Assembly (NCBI GenBank): GCA_963727625.1
Contig: CAVSHR010000005.1
Span: 224,001 to 288,000 of the forward strand
Length of the DNA stretch: 64,000 nt
DNA from: an uncultured delta proteobacterium
GTDB taxonomy: Bacteria; Desulfobacterota; Binatia; UBA9968
Reading direction: 5' to 3'
Numbering within the stretch: the first letter of the stretch is position 1; every line of letters begins with the position of its first letter. Made by a program: the position numbers and the translations under genes. Shown one piece after another: positions 38,198-51,615 of the stretch. The notes under the pieces were generated by a model. It had not been told where the DNA came from. It was given only the letters and a program-made list of their open reading frames with translations, and searched no databases.

Positions 38198-39778
38198 CTA
38201 ATTTCCCCGGTGCCGGGAATCTTTATAGAGCTTGTAATCGATGCTGTCGACCAGCGCTTGCCAGCTCGCTTCAATGACGTTTTGCGACACGCCGACTGTA
38301 CCCCAACGGTCTTTTCCGTCGCCGGACTCAATCAACACGCGCACCACCGCAGCCGTGCCTTCTCCCGAAGACAAGACGCGGACTTTGTAATCCAAAAGCT
38401 CCACCTCTTTGAGCGCCGGATAAAATTTCGTCAGCGCGCGTCGCAGCGCCTGGTCCAGCGCGTTCACCGGGCCGTTGCCCATCGCCGCGGCGTGCTCCAT
38501 CACGCCGTCAACCTGCACCATGATGGTCGCTTCGGAAATCGGCGCCTCGCCTTCCTTTCGTTTTTCGTCGATCACCCGGAAACCGACGAGATTGAAATTT
38601 TTCCGCTTCTTGCCCAGCGCCTCTTGAATCAACAGCTCGAAGGAAGCTTCGGCGGCTTGGAATTCGTACCCCTGGCTTTCCAGCTCTTTGGTGCGCCGCA
38701 GAATCTCCTTGACCGCGTCACCCTTGTCCTTCAAGTCGATGCCGTACTCTTTGCCCTTGTAGACGATGTTGCTCTGGCCCGACAGATCGGAGACCAGCAC
38801 GCGCTGGCGATTGCCGACCAGTTCCGGATCGATGTGCTCATAGGTCTCGCGATTTTTGAGCACGCCGGAAACATGCAAGCCGCCCTTATGCGCGAAGGCG
38901 CTGTCGCCGACATAGGCTTGGCGCTTGTTGGGATGAATATTCGCCAGCTCGTAGAAGAACTGCGAGACCTCGCGAAGTTTCTTCAGCTGTGCCGGAGTCA
39001 CGCATTTTTTGCCCATTTTGAGCTGCAGGTTGGCGATCACCGAAATCAAGTTCATGTTGCCGCAGCGCTCGCCGAAACCGTTGATCGTGCCCTGCACCTG
39101 CGTCACGCCCATTTCCACCCCGGCAAGGGTGTTGGCAACCGCCAGTTCACCGTCGTTGTGACAGTGAATTCCCAGCGGCGTCTTGATCTCGCGCACGACA
39201 TGATTCAGCGCGTCGCGCACCTCGCCGGGCAGCCGTCCGCCGTTGGTCTCGCACAGCACGATCCAATCGGCGCCGCCTTCCTGGGCCGCCTTGAGACATT
39301 CGATGGCATAGTCCGGATTGGCGCGGAAGCCGTCGAAAAAATGCTCGGCGTCGAAAATGACTTCGTCGACGTGCTTTTTCATATACGAGATCGAGTCGGC
39401 GATGATCTCCAAGTTGGCTTTCTGGCTGATCCGCAGATCGTCGCGCACGTGCAGGTCCCAGGTTTTGCCGACCAGCGTCACCACCGGCGTCTCCGCGGCC
39501 AGCAGAACCTTGAGATTGATATCCTGCGACGGCTTGGCGCCGACTTTTCGGGTTGTGCCAAAGGATGCGATTTTGGCGTTCTTTAGTTTCAGTTTCTTGA
39601 CCTGCTTGAAAAAATCGGCATCGCGCACGTTGGAACCCGGATAGCCGCCTTCGATGTAGTCGATGCCCAGCTCCTCGAGCTTCTCCGCGATGCGGAGTTT
39701 GTCCTCGAGCGTGAACGAAACATCCTCGGCCTGACAGCCGTCCCGAAGTGTCGTGTCGTATAGCAAAACATCCTTCAT
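38198..39778 (-). CDS. cimA: citramalate synthase
   Basis: [27 protein letters not shown] and GNGPVNALD. Located after lysC. Confidence 0.92.
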   Translation of the reverse strand: MKDVLLYDTTLRDGCQAEDVSFTLEDKLRIAEKLEELGIDYIEGGYPGSNVRDADFFKQVKKLKLKNAKIASFGTTRKVGAKPSQDINLKVLLAAETPVVTLVGKTWDLHVRDDLRISQKANLEIIADSISYMKKHVDEVIFDAEHFFDGFRANPDYAIECLKAAQEGGADWIVLCETNGGRLPGEVRDALNHVVREIKTPLGIHCHNDGELAVANTLAGVEMGVTQVQGTINGFGERCGNMNLISVIANLQLKMGKKCVTPAQLKKLREVSQFFYELANIHPNKRQAYVGDSAFAHKGGLHVSGVLKNRETYEHIDPELVGNRQRVLVSDLSGQSNIVYKGKEYGIDLKDKGDAVKEILRRTKELESQGYEFQAAEASFELLIQEALGKKRKNFNLVGFRVIDEKRKEGEAPISEATIMVQVDGVMEHAAAMGNGPVNALDQALRRALTKFYPALKEVELLDYKVRVLSSGEGTAAVVRVLIESGDGKDRWGTVGVSQNVIEASWQALVDSIDYKLYKDSRHRGN

Positions 39779-40998
39779 ACCGCCCCCTGCTTGCCGATAA
39801 ACGCCTCGTGCAATACCCGCACGGCGAGCTCCGCGTATTTAGCGTCGATGACCACGGAGATCTTAATTTCCGAAGTGGAGATCATCTCGATATTGATCCC
39901 CTCGCGGGCCAGCACTTCGAACATTTTCGCGGCCACGCCGGCGTGCGTGCGCATGCCGACACCGACCACGGAAATCTTCGCCATGTCGGCGTCCAGCTTG
40001 ACGCCATGGGCGTTGACCGCCGGCGCGGTTTTTTCGACGATGGCAAACGCTCTTTTATGATCGGCCTTGGGCACGGTGAAAGTCAAATCCGTAGTGCCGT
40101 CTTCACTGGCGTTCTGGATAATCATGTCGACAACGATGTGCGCGTCGGCGATCGGGCCGAACACCTGGGCCGCCAATCCGGGCCGGTCCGGCACCCGCAG
40201 CAGCGTGATCTTGGCTTCATTTTTGTCGCAGGCCACGCCCGACACCAACACATCGTTCATGGTATCCTCCTCATTGACCAACCATGTCCCTTCGACATCG
40301 GAAAAAGTCGAACGGACATGCACCGGAACGGAAAAATTTTTGGCAAACTCCACGGAACGGATTTCGAGGACTTTAGCGCCGGTGCTGGCAAACTCGATCA
40401 TCTCATCATAGGAAACGCGCGCGAGCTTGCGCGCCTCGGGACAAATGCCCGGATCGGTGGTAAAGACCCCTTCCACGTCGGTGTAGATTTCGCAGGCGTC
40501 GGCGCACAGAAACGCCGCCAGCGCCACCGCGCTGGTATCCGAGCCGCCGCGCCCGAGCGTCGTGATATTGTCGTCTTCGTCCACACCCTGAAATCCGGCG
40601 ACCACCACCACTTCGCCGGCCTTGAGCGCGCGCTGAATTTTCGTCGAATCGATGCTCAAGATGCGCGCTTTGCCGTAGGCGTTATCCGTTGCGATGCGCA
40701 CCTGATGGCCCAAGAAGGAACGGGCCGGCTGACCGTATTCTTTCAATGCTAAAGTTAACAAGGCCACCGATACCTGCTCGCCGGAAGCGAGCAAAACATC
40801 CTTTTCACGCTCGTCGGGAAGCTCCGCGATCTCTTGAGCCAGCGCAACCAAACGATTAGTCTCCCCAGCCATGGCTGAAACGACCACCACCAATTCATTT
40901 CCTGCCCGCTTGGCCGCAGCGACCTTCGCCGCGACCTGCTTGATGCGCTCAATCGAACCGACCGATGTCCCGCCGTATTTCTGTACCAGCAATGCCAC
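39775..40998 (-). CDS. lysC: aspartate kinase
   Basis: [19 protein letters not shown] and two ACT domains. Confidence 0.96.
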   Translation of the reverse strand: MALLVQKYGGTSVGSIERIKQVAAKVAAAKRAGNELVVVVSAMAGETNRLVALAQEIAELPDEREKDVLLASGEQVSVALLTLALKEYGQPARSFLGHQVRIATDNAYGKARILSIDSTKIQRALKAGEVVVVAGFQGVDEDDNITTLGRGGSDTSAVALAAFLCADACEIYTDVEGVFTTDPGICPEARKLARVSYDEMIEFASTGAKVLEIRSVEFAKNFSVPVHVRSTFSDVEGTWLVNEEDTMNDVLVSGVACDKNEAKITLLRVPDRPGLAAQVFGPIADAHIVVDMIIQNASEDGTTDLTFTVPKADHKRAFAIVEKTAPAVNAHGVKLDADMAKISVVGVGMRTHAGVAAKMFEVLAREGINIEMISTSEIKISVVIDAKYAELAVRVLHEAFIGKQGAV

Positions 40999-41018
40999 TG
41001 CTTCTTCCTAACCTTTGT

Positions 41019-41053
41019 TCCTTGAACCCTTGACCCCTTGATCTTTTGAACGC
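41019..41053. repeat. 8-bp period tandem repeat
   Basis: CCTTGAAC CCTTGACC CCTTGATC TTTTGAAC in the tsaE-lysC gap. Confidence 0.6.
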
Positions 41054-41054
41054 T

Positions 41055-41528
41055 TTAACGACGCTCCTTTAGCGCTTCGAGCAAACGCTCGTAGCGCGCA
41101 CCGTGAGAAACAAAAGTGATTTCTCGCTTCGCACCACCGGCGTGGGCGATTTTGACTTCGAGATAACCGTCCACTTCGCCCGCCGGCAGATATTCGAACC
41201 ATTCGACGAGACTGACCCCATCCGAGTACAGATACTCCCGCAAATTGAGCGACTCGATCTCCTCTTGCTTGCCGACGCGGTAGAGGTCGATGTGATAAAC
41301 CGGCAACCAGCCCTGGTATTCGTTGATGAGGGTGAAAGTGGGGCTGCGGACCCAGGCGTCCTTGCCGACTTTCGCCCCCGCGGCAAAACCACGCACAAAA
41401 CAGGTCTTACCGGAGCCCAACTCACCAATCAAACCAATGATTTCGCCCCCTTGTACCAACTTTCCAAGCTTCTGCCCTAAGCTCATGGTCTTACGGGGAG
41501 AATTAGCAACGACCGTACACGAACCCAT
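41055..41528 (-). CDS. tsaE: tRNA t6A biosynthesis ATPase
   Basis: GELGSGKT, SPTFTL, HIDLYR and VEW. Confidence 0.95.
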   Translation of the reverse strand: MGSCTVVANSPRKTMSLGQKLGKLVQGGEIIGLIGELGSGKTCFVRGFAAGAKVGKDAWVRSPTFTLINEYQGWLPVYHIDLYRVGKQEEIESLNLREYLYSDGVSLVEWFEYLPAGEVDGYLEVKIAHAGGAKREITFVSHGARYERLLEALKERR

Positions 41529-41664
41529 TGCCAAGCGGGCCTCCAAGTACAACTAGTATATTTTTCAAGAGATTTCGAGACTGACTCACCGGCAACTGGC
41601 GGCGGTAAACAATCTCATCGGCGCTCTAAAGCCGGTTTGCGTTGATGAAAACGAACACCGAAAA

Positions 41665-43236
41665 TCACCGGGAACTTCCACGCAGAGTCTCAGCAGCAAG
41701 CGCATTCATCCCTGCCGGCAGTCTTTGAATGATGTCCGATGCAATCAGTCCGATTTCACCTTGGCTTGCGGCGATCTGGTCGGCGACAAATCCATGCAGA
41801 TAAACGCCGAGTTTCATGGCGTCTTCGGCTGGCAGCCCCTGGCCGAGCAGCGCCGCCAGAATTCCAGCCAACACATCACCCATGCCGCCGCTAGCCATGC
41901 CCGGATTACCGGTCGGATTGATGAAGACTTTTCCCGCCACCGTCGCAATCACCGTGCGCGCGCCTTTTAAGATTAAATGACAGCGGTGCTCTAGGGCGAA
42001 CGCGCGCGCGATGCCCACTCGATCCGCATTGACCGCGGCAATATCTTTGCCGATGAGCCTGGCCATCTCGCCCGGATGGGGCGTCAACACCGGCGGGAAC
42101 TTGGCGTGGTGCAAACGATCGATTGCGAGAGCCAGATTATTGAGGCCGTCGGCATCGATCACCCACGGTATGTCTAAATTTCTCAGCAGCCAGCGCGTGA
42201 TATTTTGCGTCGCCGAATTGACCCCGACACCGGGCCCGAAGAGCAAAGCATTTTTTCGCGCCAGCAAAGCGCGCCAATCGTCGTCGCTGAGAGCCTCCAT
42301 CTCCTCGGCTGCGTTATCGCGCAACGGCTCGGTCATCACCTCGACCAGCGCGCCGGCGAAAATATTATTGAGCGAGCGCGGTGCCGCGAGAGTCACCAAC
42401 CCGGCGCCCGTACGCATCGCCGCCCGGCAAGCTAAGATTGCCGCGCCGGTCTTTCCGCGCGAACCTGCAACGACCAGAAGATGGCCGTAGGTGCCCTTAT
42501 GGGTATCTGCCTCGCGCCGTGGTACTAGCCAGCGAATATTTTCGCGATCGAGAAGTTCTGTCTTTGACGAAACTTCCGCCACCGCCCGGTCATCGATACC
42601 GATATCGGCGACGACCAGCTCACCACAATAAGAGGCGCCCGGGTAAATAACCTCGCCCAATTTTGCGAAAGCCAAGGCGACCGTCATTTCCGCTTGAACC
42701 GCGACACCGAGCGGCCCGCCGTTGTCGGTGTCAAGCCCGGAAGGAATATCCACCGCGACGATCGGCAGTCCCGCGGCGTTGATCAGTGTAATGGCCTCGG
42801 CAAGCCGGCCGCGCACTTCGCTCTTAATTCCAGTGCCGAGGATGGCGTCGACGATCAAACCGTTTTTGCCAATACGGCGGCTAAGCAATTTGAAATCGTC
42901 GGCGGCCATTTCATAGACCTTGCCTTTAAGTTTGAGGAAGGCGTGCAGGTTGTGTGCCGCGTCGGCTGATAGTTCGTCCTTGCGCGCCAGCAGCGCCACT
43001 TCGCAAGGAATTCGTCTCTTTTTGAGCAAACGCGCGACGACGAAGCCATCGCCGCCGTTGTTGCCTTTCCCGGCAATGACCAAGACGCCTTTCTTTGCCG
43101 TGCGCCCGAAGCGCCCAACAATGGCCTGGGCAATCCCGGCACCGGCCCGCTCCATCAAAGCGAGGCTTGGCACGCCGTACTTTTGGATCGTCAAACGATC
43201 CATCTCGCGCATCTGCTCGGCGGTTACGATCAACAT
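41665..43236 (-). CDS. nnr: bifunctional NAD(P)H-hydrate epimerase/dehydratase
   Basis: LMERAG, GKGNNGGDG, DIPSG, HKGTYG, TPHPGE and GMGDVLAG. Confidence 0.95.
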   Translation of the reverse strand: MLIVTAEQMREMDRLTIQKYGVPSLALMERAGAGIAQAIVGRFGRTAKKGVLVIAGKGNNGGDGFVVARLLKKRRIPCEVALLARKDELSADAAHNLHAFLKLKGKVYEMAADDFKLLSRRIGKNGLIVDAILGTGIKSEVRGRLAEAITLINAAGLPIVAVDIPSGLDTDNGGPLGVAVQAEMTVALAFAKLGEVIYPGASYCGELVVADIGIDDRAVAEVSSKTELLDRENIRWLVPRREADTHKGTYGHLLVVAGSRGKTGAAILACRAAMRTGAGLVTLAAPRSLNNIFAGALVEVMTEPLRDNAAEEMEALSDDDWRALLARKNALLFGPGVGVNSATQNITRWLLRNLDIPWVIDADGLNNLALAIDRLHHAKFPPVLTPHPGEMARLIGKDIAAVNADRVGIARAFALEHRCHLILKGARTVIATVAGKVFINPTGNPGMASGGMGDVLAGILAALLGQGLPAEDAMKLGVYLHGFVADQIAASQGEIGLIASDIIQRLPAGMNALAAETLRGSSR

Positions 43237-43311
43237 GAAAACCGTGACGCGTGTTCGTACCCCGTGTTCGTGGAGCTCAAGATTACCTCTCAATCTCTAA
43301 GAAGATCACGA

Positions 43312-44037
43312 TCACGTTTCACGAACACGATTCAGAAGTTCTTTCATTTCCCGCACCGCTTGCTCGATGCCGACGATGACGGCGCGGGCGATGATGCTGT
43401 GACCGATGTTGAGCTCGACGATCTCTGGGATGGCCGCGATCGGCGAGACGTTCTGATAATCGAGGCCGTGGCCACCATGCACTTCAAGACCGAGGCGGCG
43501 TGCCAAAGCCGCTGCTGAGGCGATCGCCTGGAGTTCTTTTTCAACGGCCGCGCCCGTAGCGTTACAGTAACGTCCGGTGTGGATCTCGATGGCATGGGCG
43601 CCGCTGTCGCGAGCCGCCTCGATTTGGGCCGCGGCGGGATCGATAAACAGGCTTACGTGAATGCCGCGCTCTTGCAATCTCGCCACCGCCTCATTAATCT
43701 TGGTTTGCTGGGCGACGACGTCGAGACCGCCTTCGGTGGTCAACTCCCGGCGTTTCTCGGGCACCAAGCAGGCGTCGTTGGGACGAACCTTCTCCGCGTA
43801 GGCCACCATGGCCGGCGCCGCGGCCATCTCTAAATTAATTTTTGTCGTGGCAAGCTCGCGCAGGCGTTCAACGTCGCGCTCCTGAATATGCCGGCGGTCT
43901 TCGCGGAGGTGCACGGTGACGCCGTCGGCGCCAGCCTTTTCCGCCAGCAGTGCAGCTTCAACAGGATCGGGGACATCGGCGAGGCGCGCTTGCCGCACCG
44001 TCGCCACGTGATCGACGTTCACTCCCAGGCGCAGCAT
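43312..44037 (-). CDS. pdxJ: pyridoxine 5'-phosphate synthase
   Basis: [24 protein letters not shown] and ELNIGHS. Confidence 0.97.
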   Translation of the reverse strand: MLRLGVNVDHVATVRQARLADVPDPVEAALLAEKAGADGVTVHLREDRRHIQERDVERLRELATTKINLEMAAAPAMVAYAEKVRPNDACLVPEKRRELTTEGGLDVVAQQTKINEAVARLQERGIHVSLFIDPAAAQIEAARDSGAHAIEIHTGRYCNATGAAVEKELQAIASAAALARRLGLEVHGGHGLDYQNVSPIAAIPEIVELNIGHSIIARAVIVGIEQAVREMKELLNRVRET

Positions 44038-44039
44038 CG

Positions 44040-45491
44040 CTATTTGCCGACCTCGGCGCGAATCTCATCGGCGATTTCTTCTGCCATGGCGCGAATCTTT
44101 TTTTCCTCCTCGCCTTCCAACATCACCCGCGCCAGCAGCTCGGTGCCGGAATAGCGCACCAGCACCCGACCGCGGTCGCCGAGCGTGCGCTCCACGTCGG
44201 CGATCTTGCGCCGCACCTTTGCCATCTCGGAGAAATCCCTTTTCTCCTTCACTTTGACGTTGAGCAATACCTGTGGCAGCCGGGTCATGATCCCCTTGAG
44301 CTCGCTCAGCCGCTTGTGTTTTTCCACCATTAACGCGAGGATCTGCAGACTGGTAATCGCCCCATCACCGGTGGTGTTGTGATCGAGGAAGAGAATATGG
44401 CCGGACTGTTCGCCGCCGAGATTGTAGCCCTCTGCCAACATCCTCTCGACGACGTAGCGGTCGCCCACCTGAGCGCGCACGACTTTGATACCTGCGCCGC
44501 GCAACGCCAGTTCCAGTCCCATGTTGCTCATCACCGTGGCAACGATGCCGGAGCTCTTGAGTGTGCCGTTGCGCTGCATATCCAAGGCGCAAATCGCGAG
44601 CACCTGGTCACCGTCGAGAATGTCGCCGGTCTCGTCGATGAAGATCGCCCGATCGGCGTCGCCGTCGAGGGACACGGCAAAATCGGCTCCCTCATGGAGC
44701 AGAATATCGCGGGCCGTTTCCGGATAGAGCGCGCCGCTGCGCCGGTTGATGTTTTCGCCGTCCGGTTGTACGCCGATGGGCAACACTTCGGCGCCGAGCT
44801 CGGACAAAACTTCCGGCACGACTCGATATGCGGCTCCGTGGCCGCAATCGACAACGATCTTCAAGCCTTCGAGAGTCAGATGGCGCGGGAAGCTATTTTT
44901 GAGAAACACGTTGTATCTGCCGACGGCGTCGGAGATACGAAAAGCCTTGCCGATCTCCGAAGCGGTCGGGCGCGATTCCTCAGTCTCGCCGCTAAAAATC
45001 ATTCCCTCCATGCGCGCTTCAACTTCATCCGGCAGCTTGAAGCCGTCCCAAGAAAAAAACTTGATGCCGTTGTCTTGATAGGGATTGTGCGAAGCGGAAA
45101 TCACCACCCCCGCGTCAGCGCGCATGCTCCTGGTTAAGAAAGCCACGCCGGGCGTCGGCAAGGGCCCCACCAACAACACGTCGGCGCCCATCGAAACAAT
45201 CCCGGATGCCAATGCGGTCTCGATCATGTAGCCGGACAGCCGGGTATCTTTGCCGATCAAGATTTTATAGCGATGTTTGCCGTTTTCCTCCAACTTGCGG
45301 GAAAACGCCGGCGGCCGCCCGCGCCCCGTTTGCTCGCGGGGTTTGGACTCATGCAGCACTTTGGCGATGGCGCGGCCAAGCTTCAGTGCCATTTCCGAAG
45401 TCATCGGCTCTTGATTGGCGACTCCGCGCACCCCGTCGGTGCCGAATAATTGGCGCTTGGGCTTGCGGTTTTTTACCAGTGGCTGAATCAT
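44040..45491 (-). CDS. glmM: phosphoglucosamine mutase
   Basis: [21 protein letters not shown] and GGEQSGH. Confidence 0.96.
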   Translation of the reverse strand: MIQPLVKNRKPKRQLFGTDGVRGVANQEPMTSEMALKLGRAIAKVLHESKPREQTGRGRPPAFSRKLEENGKHRYKILIGKDTRLSGYMIETALASGIVSMGADVLLVGPLPTPGVAFLTRSMRADAGVVISASHNPYQDNGIKFFSWDGFKLPDEVEARMEGMIFSGETEESRPTASEIGKAFRISDAVGRYNVFLKNSFPRHLTLEGLKIVVDCGHGAAYRVVPEVLSELGAEVLPIGVQPDGENINRRSGALYPETARDILLHEGADFAVSLDGDADRAIFIDETGDILDGDQVLAICALDMQRNGTLKSSGIVATVMSNMGLELALRGAGIKVVRAQVGDRYVVERMLAEGYNLGGEQSGHILFLDHNTTGDGAITSLQILALMVEKHKRLSELKGIMTRLPQVLLNVKVKEKRDFSEMAKVRRKIADVERTLGDRGRVLVRYSGTELLARVMLEGEEEKKIRAMAEEIADEIRAEVGK

Positions 45492-45520
45492 TGCAGGTAA
45501 CTCCTGTGCACGACGATTGA

Positions 45521-46450
45521 TTATTCCGCCGTTTTGGTAATCCGCACCCGAAAACGCTCTGGTTTTTGCTCGACCACCTTGATTTCCGCGGGCAGATTTA
45601 ACTCCAGCGTCACATTATGATCACCGACCGTCATGCCTTGCAAATTCAAATGGACTTGTTCTGGAAACAATTTCAACGGCTCAATGATGCTTTTCGGTCC
45701 GCTCAGTTTTAAAGATACGTTTGGCGGCGATACGGTGTAGACGCCCTTGAAATCCGGCGCGCTCACGTCGATCCGCTCGAAGGCGCGGGTCATCTGCACT
45801 TCTTCGATGGTGATCGTCACCTCGACCTGGTCCGGCGCAATCGAGAGCGGCTTGCCGTCGTTGGACAGGCGCACCGTACGCCGCACGACACCGCGGCTAT
45901 CTACGACGTCGATCGGGATCGTTTCAATGGCGGTCAAGCGCCGCACCTCTTCGGCCGGCCCCTGCACGGAGACACTCTCCGGTCGGACCACGCTTTGGGT
46001 GATCCGATAGCCGGCTAATGGCTTGCCCGAGGTACGCACCGATACCGGCAGCGTCCGCCGCGCGACCGGCTCGAGCCGAACATGGAGCACCGGAGGAGTG
46101 ATACGCGCGATCGTGACACCGCGTGGAATGCTGAAATAACCGGAGGCCAAGGGATAGCTCAATGCGCCCGACTTCGCGCCGCTCAGATCCAAACTGAGTT
46201 TTAAATCACTGGCATTGAGCGTCGAGATCAAGGTGCGCGGTCCCATCAAGCGCAACACCACGTAATCGACGCGGTTGTCCATAACCATTAGATCCGCCGG
46301 AATGTTGCGAAATTCCAGCGGCACTTCGATGGCCCGCTCGATATCGCGATGGCCGGCCAACCAGAGTCCCACCGCGATAATCAGCGCCAGCGCCTTCAGA
46401 CCGAGATTGCTCCCCGCCAGCGCAACGATTTTTTCCCAGAGCCGCTTCAT
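45521..46450 (-). CDS. cdaR: CdaR/YbbR-like regulator of diadenylate cyclase
   Basis: N-terminal TM and YbbR-like repeats, located between cdaA and glmM. Confidence 0.85.
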   Translation of the reverse strand: MKRLWEKIVALAGSNLGLKALALIIAVGLWLAGHRDIERAIEVPLEFRNIPADLMVMDNRVDYVVLRLMGPRTLISTLNASDLKLSLDLSGAKSGALSYPLASGYFSIPRGVTIARITPPVLHVRLEPVARRTLPVSVRTSGKPLAGYRITQSVVRPESVSVQGPAEEVRRLTAIETIPIDVVDSRGVVRRTVRLSNDGKPLSIAPDQVEVTITIEEVQMTRAFERIDVSAPDFKGVYTVSPPNVSLKLSGPKSIIEPLKLFPEQVHLNLQGMTVGDHNVTLELNLPAEIKVVEQKPERFRVRITKTAE

Positions 46451-47205
46451 GCCTTAAGTAAATCGCGCAGGGCGGAGCGCAGCCTGGCACCGTCGATGTT
46501 CTCGGTCACGTTGCCTCCCACCACCAGCGCCGTCGTGCCCTCCTGTTCAGAGACCACCACCGCAACCGCATCGGTCTCTTCGGTCACCCCCAGCGCGGCG
46601 CGATGGCGGGTACCCCAGGTCTTGCGCAGATTCGGGTTTGTGCTGAGCGGCAAAAGGCAGCGCACCGCAGTGACCCTGCCTTTCTGAATCACCAAAGCAC
46701 CATCGTGGATTGGCGAATGGGGTAAAAATACGCTTTCCACCAGTTCCCGACTTACCCGCGCGTCAAGCCGCGTGCCGATTTCCATATACTCGTTCAGGCC
46801 CACTTCGCGCTCGATAACGATCAACGCACCGACCTTTTTCTCGGCGAGCGCCACGGCCGCCTGGGCAACTTCTTCGATGAGATCCTCGCCGTGCAATGCG
46901 ACGCGATCCACGGTACCAAACAACGGCGCGCTGCCGACTTGGGTGAGCGCGCGGCGAATATCGCTTTGGAAAATAACGATGATGACCAAGATGATCGAGC
47001 CGAGAAAATTATCAAGGATCCAGTTGAGCGTGAGCAGCCCGAGGGCGCGCGACGATACGTAGGCGACTAAGATCACCGCCAAACCGATGATCATCTGCAT
47101 GGCGCGGCTACCGCGCACGATCTGCAGTGCGCGATAGACTAAAAACGTAATGATGCCGATATCGAGCAGGTCTTGCCAACGAAGCGGCTGGAGCATTTCG
47201 AACAT
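46447..47205 (-). CDS. cdaA: diadenylate cyclase
   Basis: Three TM helices and the catalytic motifs HDGA and GTRHRAA. Confidence 0.95.
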   Translation of the reverse strand: MFEMLQPLRWQDLLDIGIITFLVYRALQIVRGSRAMQMIIGLAVILVAYVSSRALGLLTLNWILDNFLGSIILVIIVIFQSDIRRALTQVGSAPLFGTVDRVALHGEDLIEEVAQAAVALAEKKVGALIVIEREVGLNEYMEIGTRLDARVSRELVESVFLPHSPIHDGALVIQKGRVTAVRCLLPLSTNPNLRKTWGTRHRAALGVTEETDAVAVVVSEQEGTTALVVGGNVTENIDGARLRSALRDLLKA

Positions 47206-47219
47206 CGGTTGCTTTTCGG

Positions 47220-48133
47220 TCACTGCGCCAAGCCGAAACGGATCGCATCCGCGACCCGTATGGCCCTGCAAGTCTCGGGCACGTCGTGCACGCGCAGGAT
47301 ATTAGCGCCGCCCAATACCGCCACCGTCCCTGCCGCCAGGCTACCCTCTAGACGATCGTCGGGGCCGATCTCTAAGATTTTGCCGATGAAGGTCTTGCGT
47401 GACACCCCAACCATGAGCGGCTGCCCTAGTGCCGCGAACATCGGAAGGCCGCGGAGCAACAGCAGATTGTGCTCCAAGGTTTTACCGAAACCGATGCCGG
47501 GATCGAGGATAATCGAGTCGGGCACGATCCCTGCCTCCATCGCTTCGTAAAGTTGCATGGCGAGAAAATCCCTCACCTCGCGCGCGACATCTTCGTACTG
47601 TGGCTCCTGTTGCATGGTTCGCGGCGTTCCCTGCATATGCATCAAGATCACTGGCACCTTCTCCGCTGCGATCAGCGAAGCCATCGCCGGGTCGAAACGC
47701 AACGCACTGATGTCGTTGACGATATCCGCGCCGGCACCTAAAGCAGCGCGGGCGATCTTCGATTTGTAAGTGTCGATGGAAATCGGCACGGGGACTGCGC
47801 GGCGCAAGCCTGCGACGACCGGCAATACCCGGGCCAATTCTTCGTCTTCGGACACTGACTGAGCGCCAGGACGAGTCGACTCGCCGCCGATGTCGATGAT
47901 ATCCGCGCCGCGCGCCGCCATCACCACGCCATCGGCAATCGCCTCGGCCGGGTCGACACGCCGCCCCCCGTCATAAAACGAATCCGGCGTGACGTTTAAT
48001 ATGCCCATGACTAAAGTGCGGTCGCTAAAATAAGATCGCCGTGGCGCGTGCGCAACGCTTTGCGCTCGCTGCTGATTAACGGCGCGAAATGAGTCAAGCT
48101 ATCGCTAAACTTTTGCGGCTTGTTATCGTCCAT
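47220..48133 (-). CDS. folP: dihydropteroate synthase, with an apparent 1-bp frameshift near 48030 (core ORF 47220-48008)
   Basis: MGILNVTPDSF, GGESTRPG, DPGIGFGK, SRK and RVHDV. The upstream frame ...RTRHGDL continues as FSDRTLVMG only if one base is restored. Confidence 0.9.
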
Positions 48134-48278
48134 AGGCCATACATCCGCGCAAAATCCAGCTACCATTGCTGGCCCAGCGCACGAGACACTCGTTGCCAAA
48201 GCCAAAGAGCGGCTCGTGCGTGGGATGATCGAAAATTTGGAACGGAAGAATTTGGGAGCCGATGCTCCGGGAGAAAGC

Positions 48279-50117
<1,839 letters not shown>

Positions 50118-50146
50118 CCGATCCTCCAAAAGTTACTAACCAAAAA

Positions 50147-50175
50147 AGTTTAACATACGCAAGCAGTTCTATCAA
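50147..50175 (-). promoter_or_regulatory. sigma70-type promoter upstream of ftsH
   Basis: Minus strand TTGATA-N17-TAAACT with a TG extension. Confidence 0.45.
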
Positions 50176-50192
50176 TAATAGAGTGTTTTTGG

Positions 50193-51614
50193 CTAGCTCG
50201 AAATCACCAGGACTTTTAGCTCCAGAACAGCGGTGGTTTTAGCCCCGACTCGCGCCGTCTCGCTTCGACCATAGCCGGGAATCCACAAGACTTCTTCGCC
50301 GCGCGTCAAAAGCGGCCAGCAGGCGCGAATCGACAGTGGTACTCGCTTTTCGATGAATAAATCTTTGACCTTCTTATGTCCACTCATCCCTAGCGGCTGG
50401 AAACAATCACCGTGACGAAAATTACGCACTGATAATCCCCCGCCCACATCGGTCAGGTCAAACATAGCTTCCATCAGGCCCTCAGGCCGCCGCCCCAACG
50501 GCGCCGCGACAGTACTGCTGTGAATTTGAAGATGAGCTTCGGGAATCGCCAATACTGAGCCGATTGTCAGTTGATACCTATAACACACCGGACGTAACTT
50601 CCGATCCCGTTTTGTCAGCCGCAGCCGTTCATATTGCCGCTCAAGCTCCCAGCCTCCGGAAATCGACACACGCCCCTGCGGCGGCCCGTGAGCGATTAGA
50701 CGTAGCATTATCTCGATGTGAATAAACTCTAAGCCGTGCGGCCGGCTGCGCGTCCGTTCAACCCATAGGCGAAGAATCCTGCGTTGCAACGCCTTAGGTC
50801 GCGCTAGAAAGGCCGGGCGGGCCAATCCATCCTTTTCCAACAGCGTAGTAAGATGCTGGCGCGCCAGATCATCGAGATAATCATCCTCATCGCGCACTAG
50901 CTCCGCGAGTTGGCCCAAACGCTCGGGCACATGGGGATCGACGCGCCGGGCGATCATCGGCAGCAACTCCGCCCGGATCCAATTACGCAAAAAAGCCGGG
51001 TCCTCATTGCTCTTGTCCATGCGGTAGGCGAACTGCCGATCGGATAGGTATTGGAGAAGCTCCGACTTGGAGATATCGAGCAACGGGCGAACCACCACGA
51101 GATCATGGGTCAACTCGCCGCTGGCGACTTTGAGCTTTGACACCGGCGCCATGCCACCCAACCCCTTCATGCCGGCGCCCCGCAGAAACCACATGAGCAT
51201 GGTCTCCGCCTGATCATCCTGCGTATGCGCCGTGGCGACTTTATTAAGCTGGCGTTGTTGGACGGTATCGGCAAAAAAGCGATAGCGCTCGGCCCGCGCG
51301 AGAGCTTCGAGGTTGCCCTTGCCAGCGGCACTTTTAATTCCCGGCAGATCAACCTCTTTGAGGTGAAACGGCAGTTGAAACTGCTCCGCTAGATCGGCCA
51401 CAAACCGGGCGTCAGTCCCGGCCTCCTCGCCACGAATTCCATGCTGGAGATGCGCGACTTCCAGATGCAAGCCTAATTCCTGGTGCAACTCGCACAAAAT
51501 GTGCAGCAACGCCACCGAATCCGGCCCGCCTGACACGGCGACGAGCAGACGATCTCCACGCGAAAGCAATTGCCTCCTTAGTAGAAACTCTTGCACCCGT
51601 CGACGAATGTCCAT
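50193..51614 (-). CDS. tilS: tRNA(Ile)-lysidine synthase
   Basis: VSGGPDS, ATAHTQDDQAET, RPLL, RNWIR and a TilS_C domain. Confidence 0.95.
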   Translation of the reverse strand: MDIRRRVQEFLLRRQLLSRGDRLLVAVSGGPDSVALLHILCELHQELGLHLEVAHLQHGIRGEEAGTDARFVADLAEQFQLPFHLKEVDLPGIKSAAGKGNLEALARAERYRFFADTVQQRQLNKVATAHTQDDQAETMLMWFLRGAGMKGLGGMAPVSKLKVASGELTHDLVVVRPLLDISKSELLQYLSDRQFAYRMDKSNEDPAFLRNWIRAELLPMIARRVDPHVPERLGQLAELVRDEDDYLDDLARQHLTTLLEKDGLARPAFLARPKALQRRILRLWVERTRSRPHGLEFIHIEIMLRLIAHGPPQGRVSISGGWELERQYERLRLTKRDRKLRPVCYRYQLTIGSVLAIPEAHLQIHSSTVAAPLGRRPEGLMEAMFDLTDVGGGLSVRNFRHGDCFQPLGMSGHKKVKDLFIEKRVPLSIRACWPLLTRGEEVLWIPGYGRSETARVGAKTTAVLELKVLVISS

Positions 51615-51615
51615 T

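Noticed and set aside
38186-40752. Long plus-strand ORFs (466 aa and 334 aa), and similar ones at 48847-49941, 54421-55377 and 55481-56395
   Set aside because: They are antisense shadows of well-supported genes in GC-rich DNA, with no motifs or RBS.
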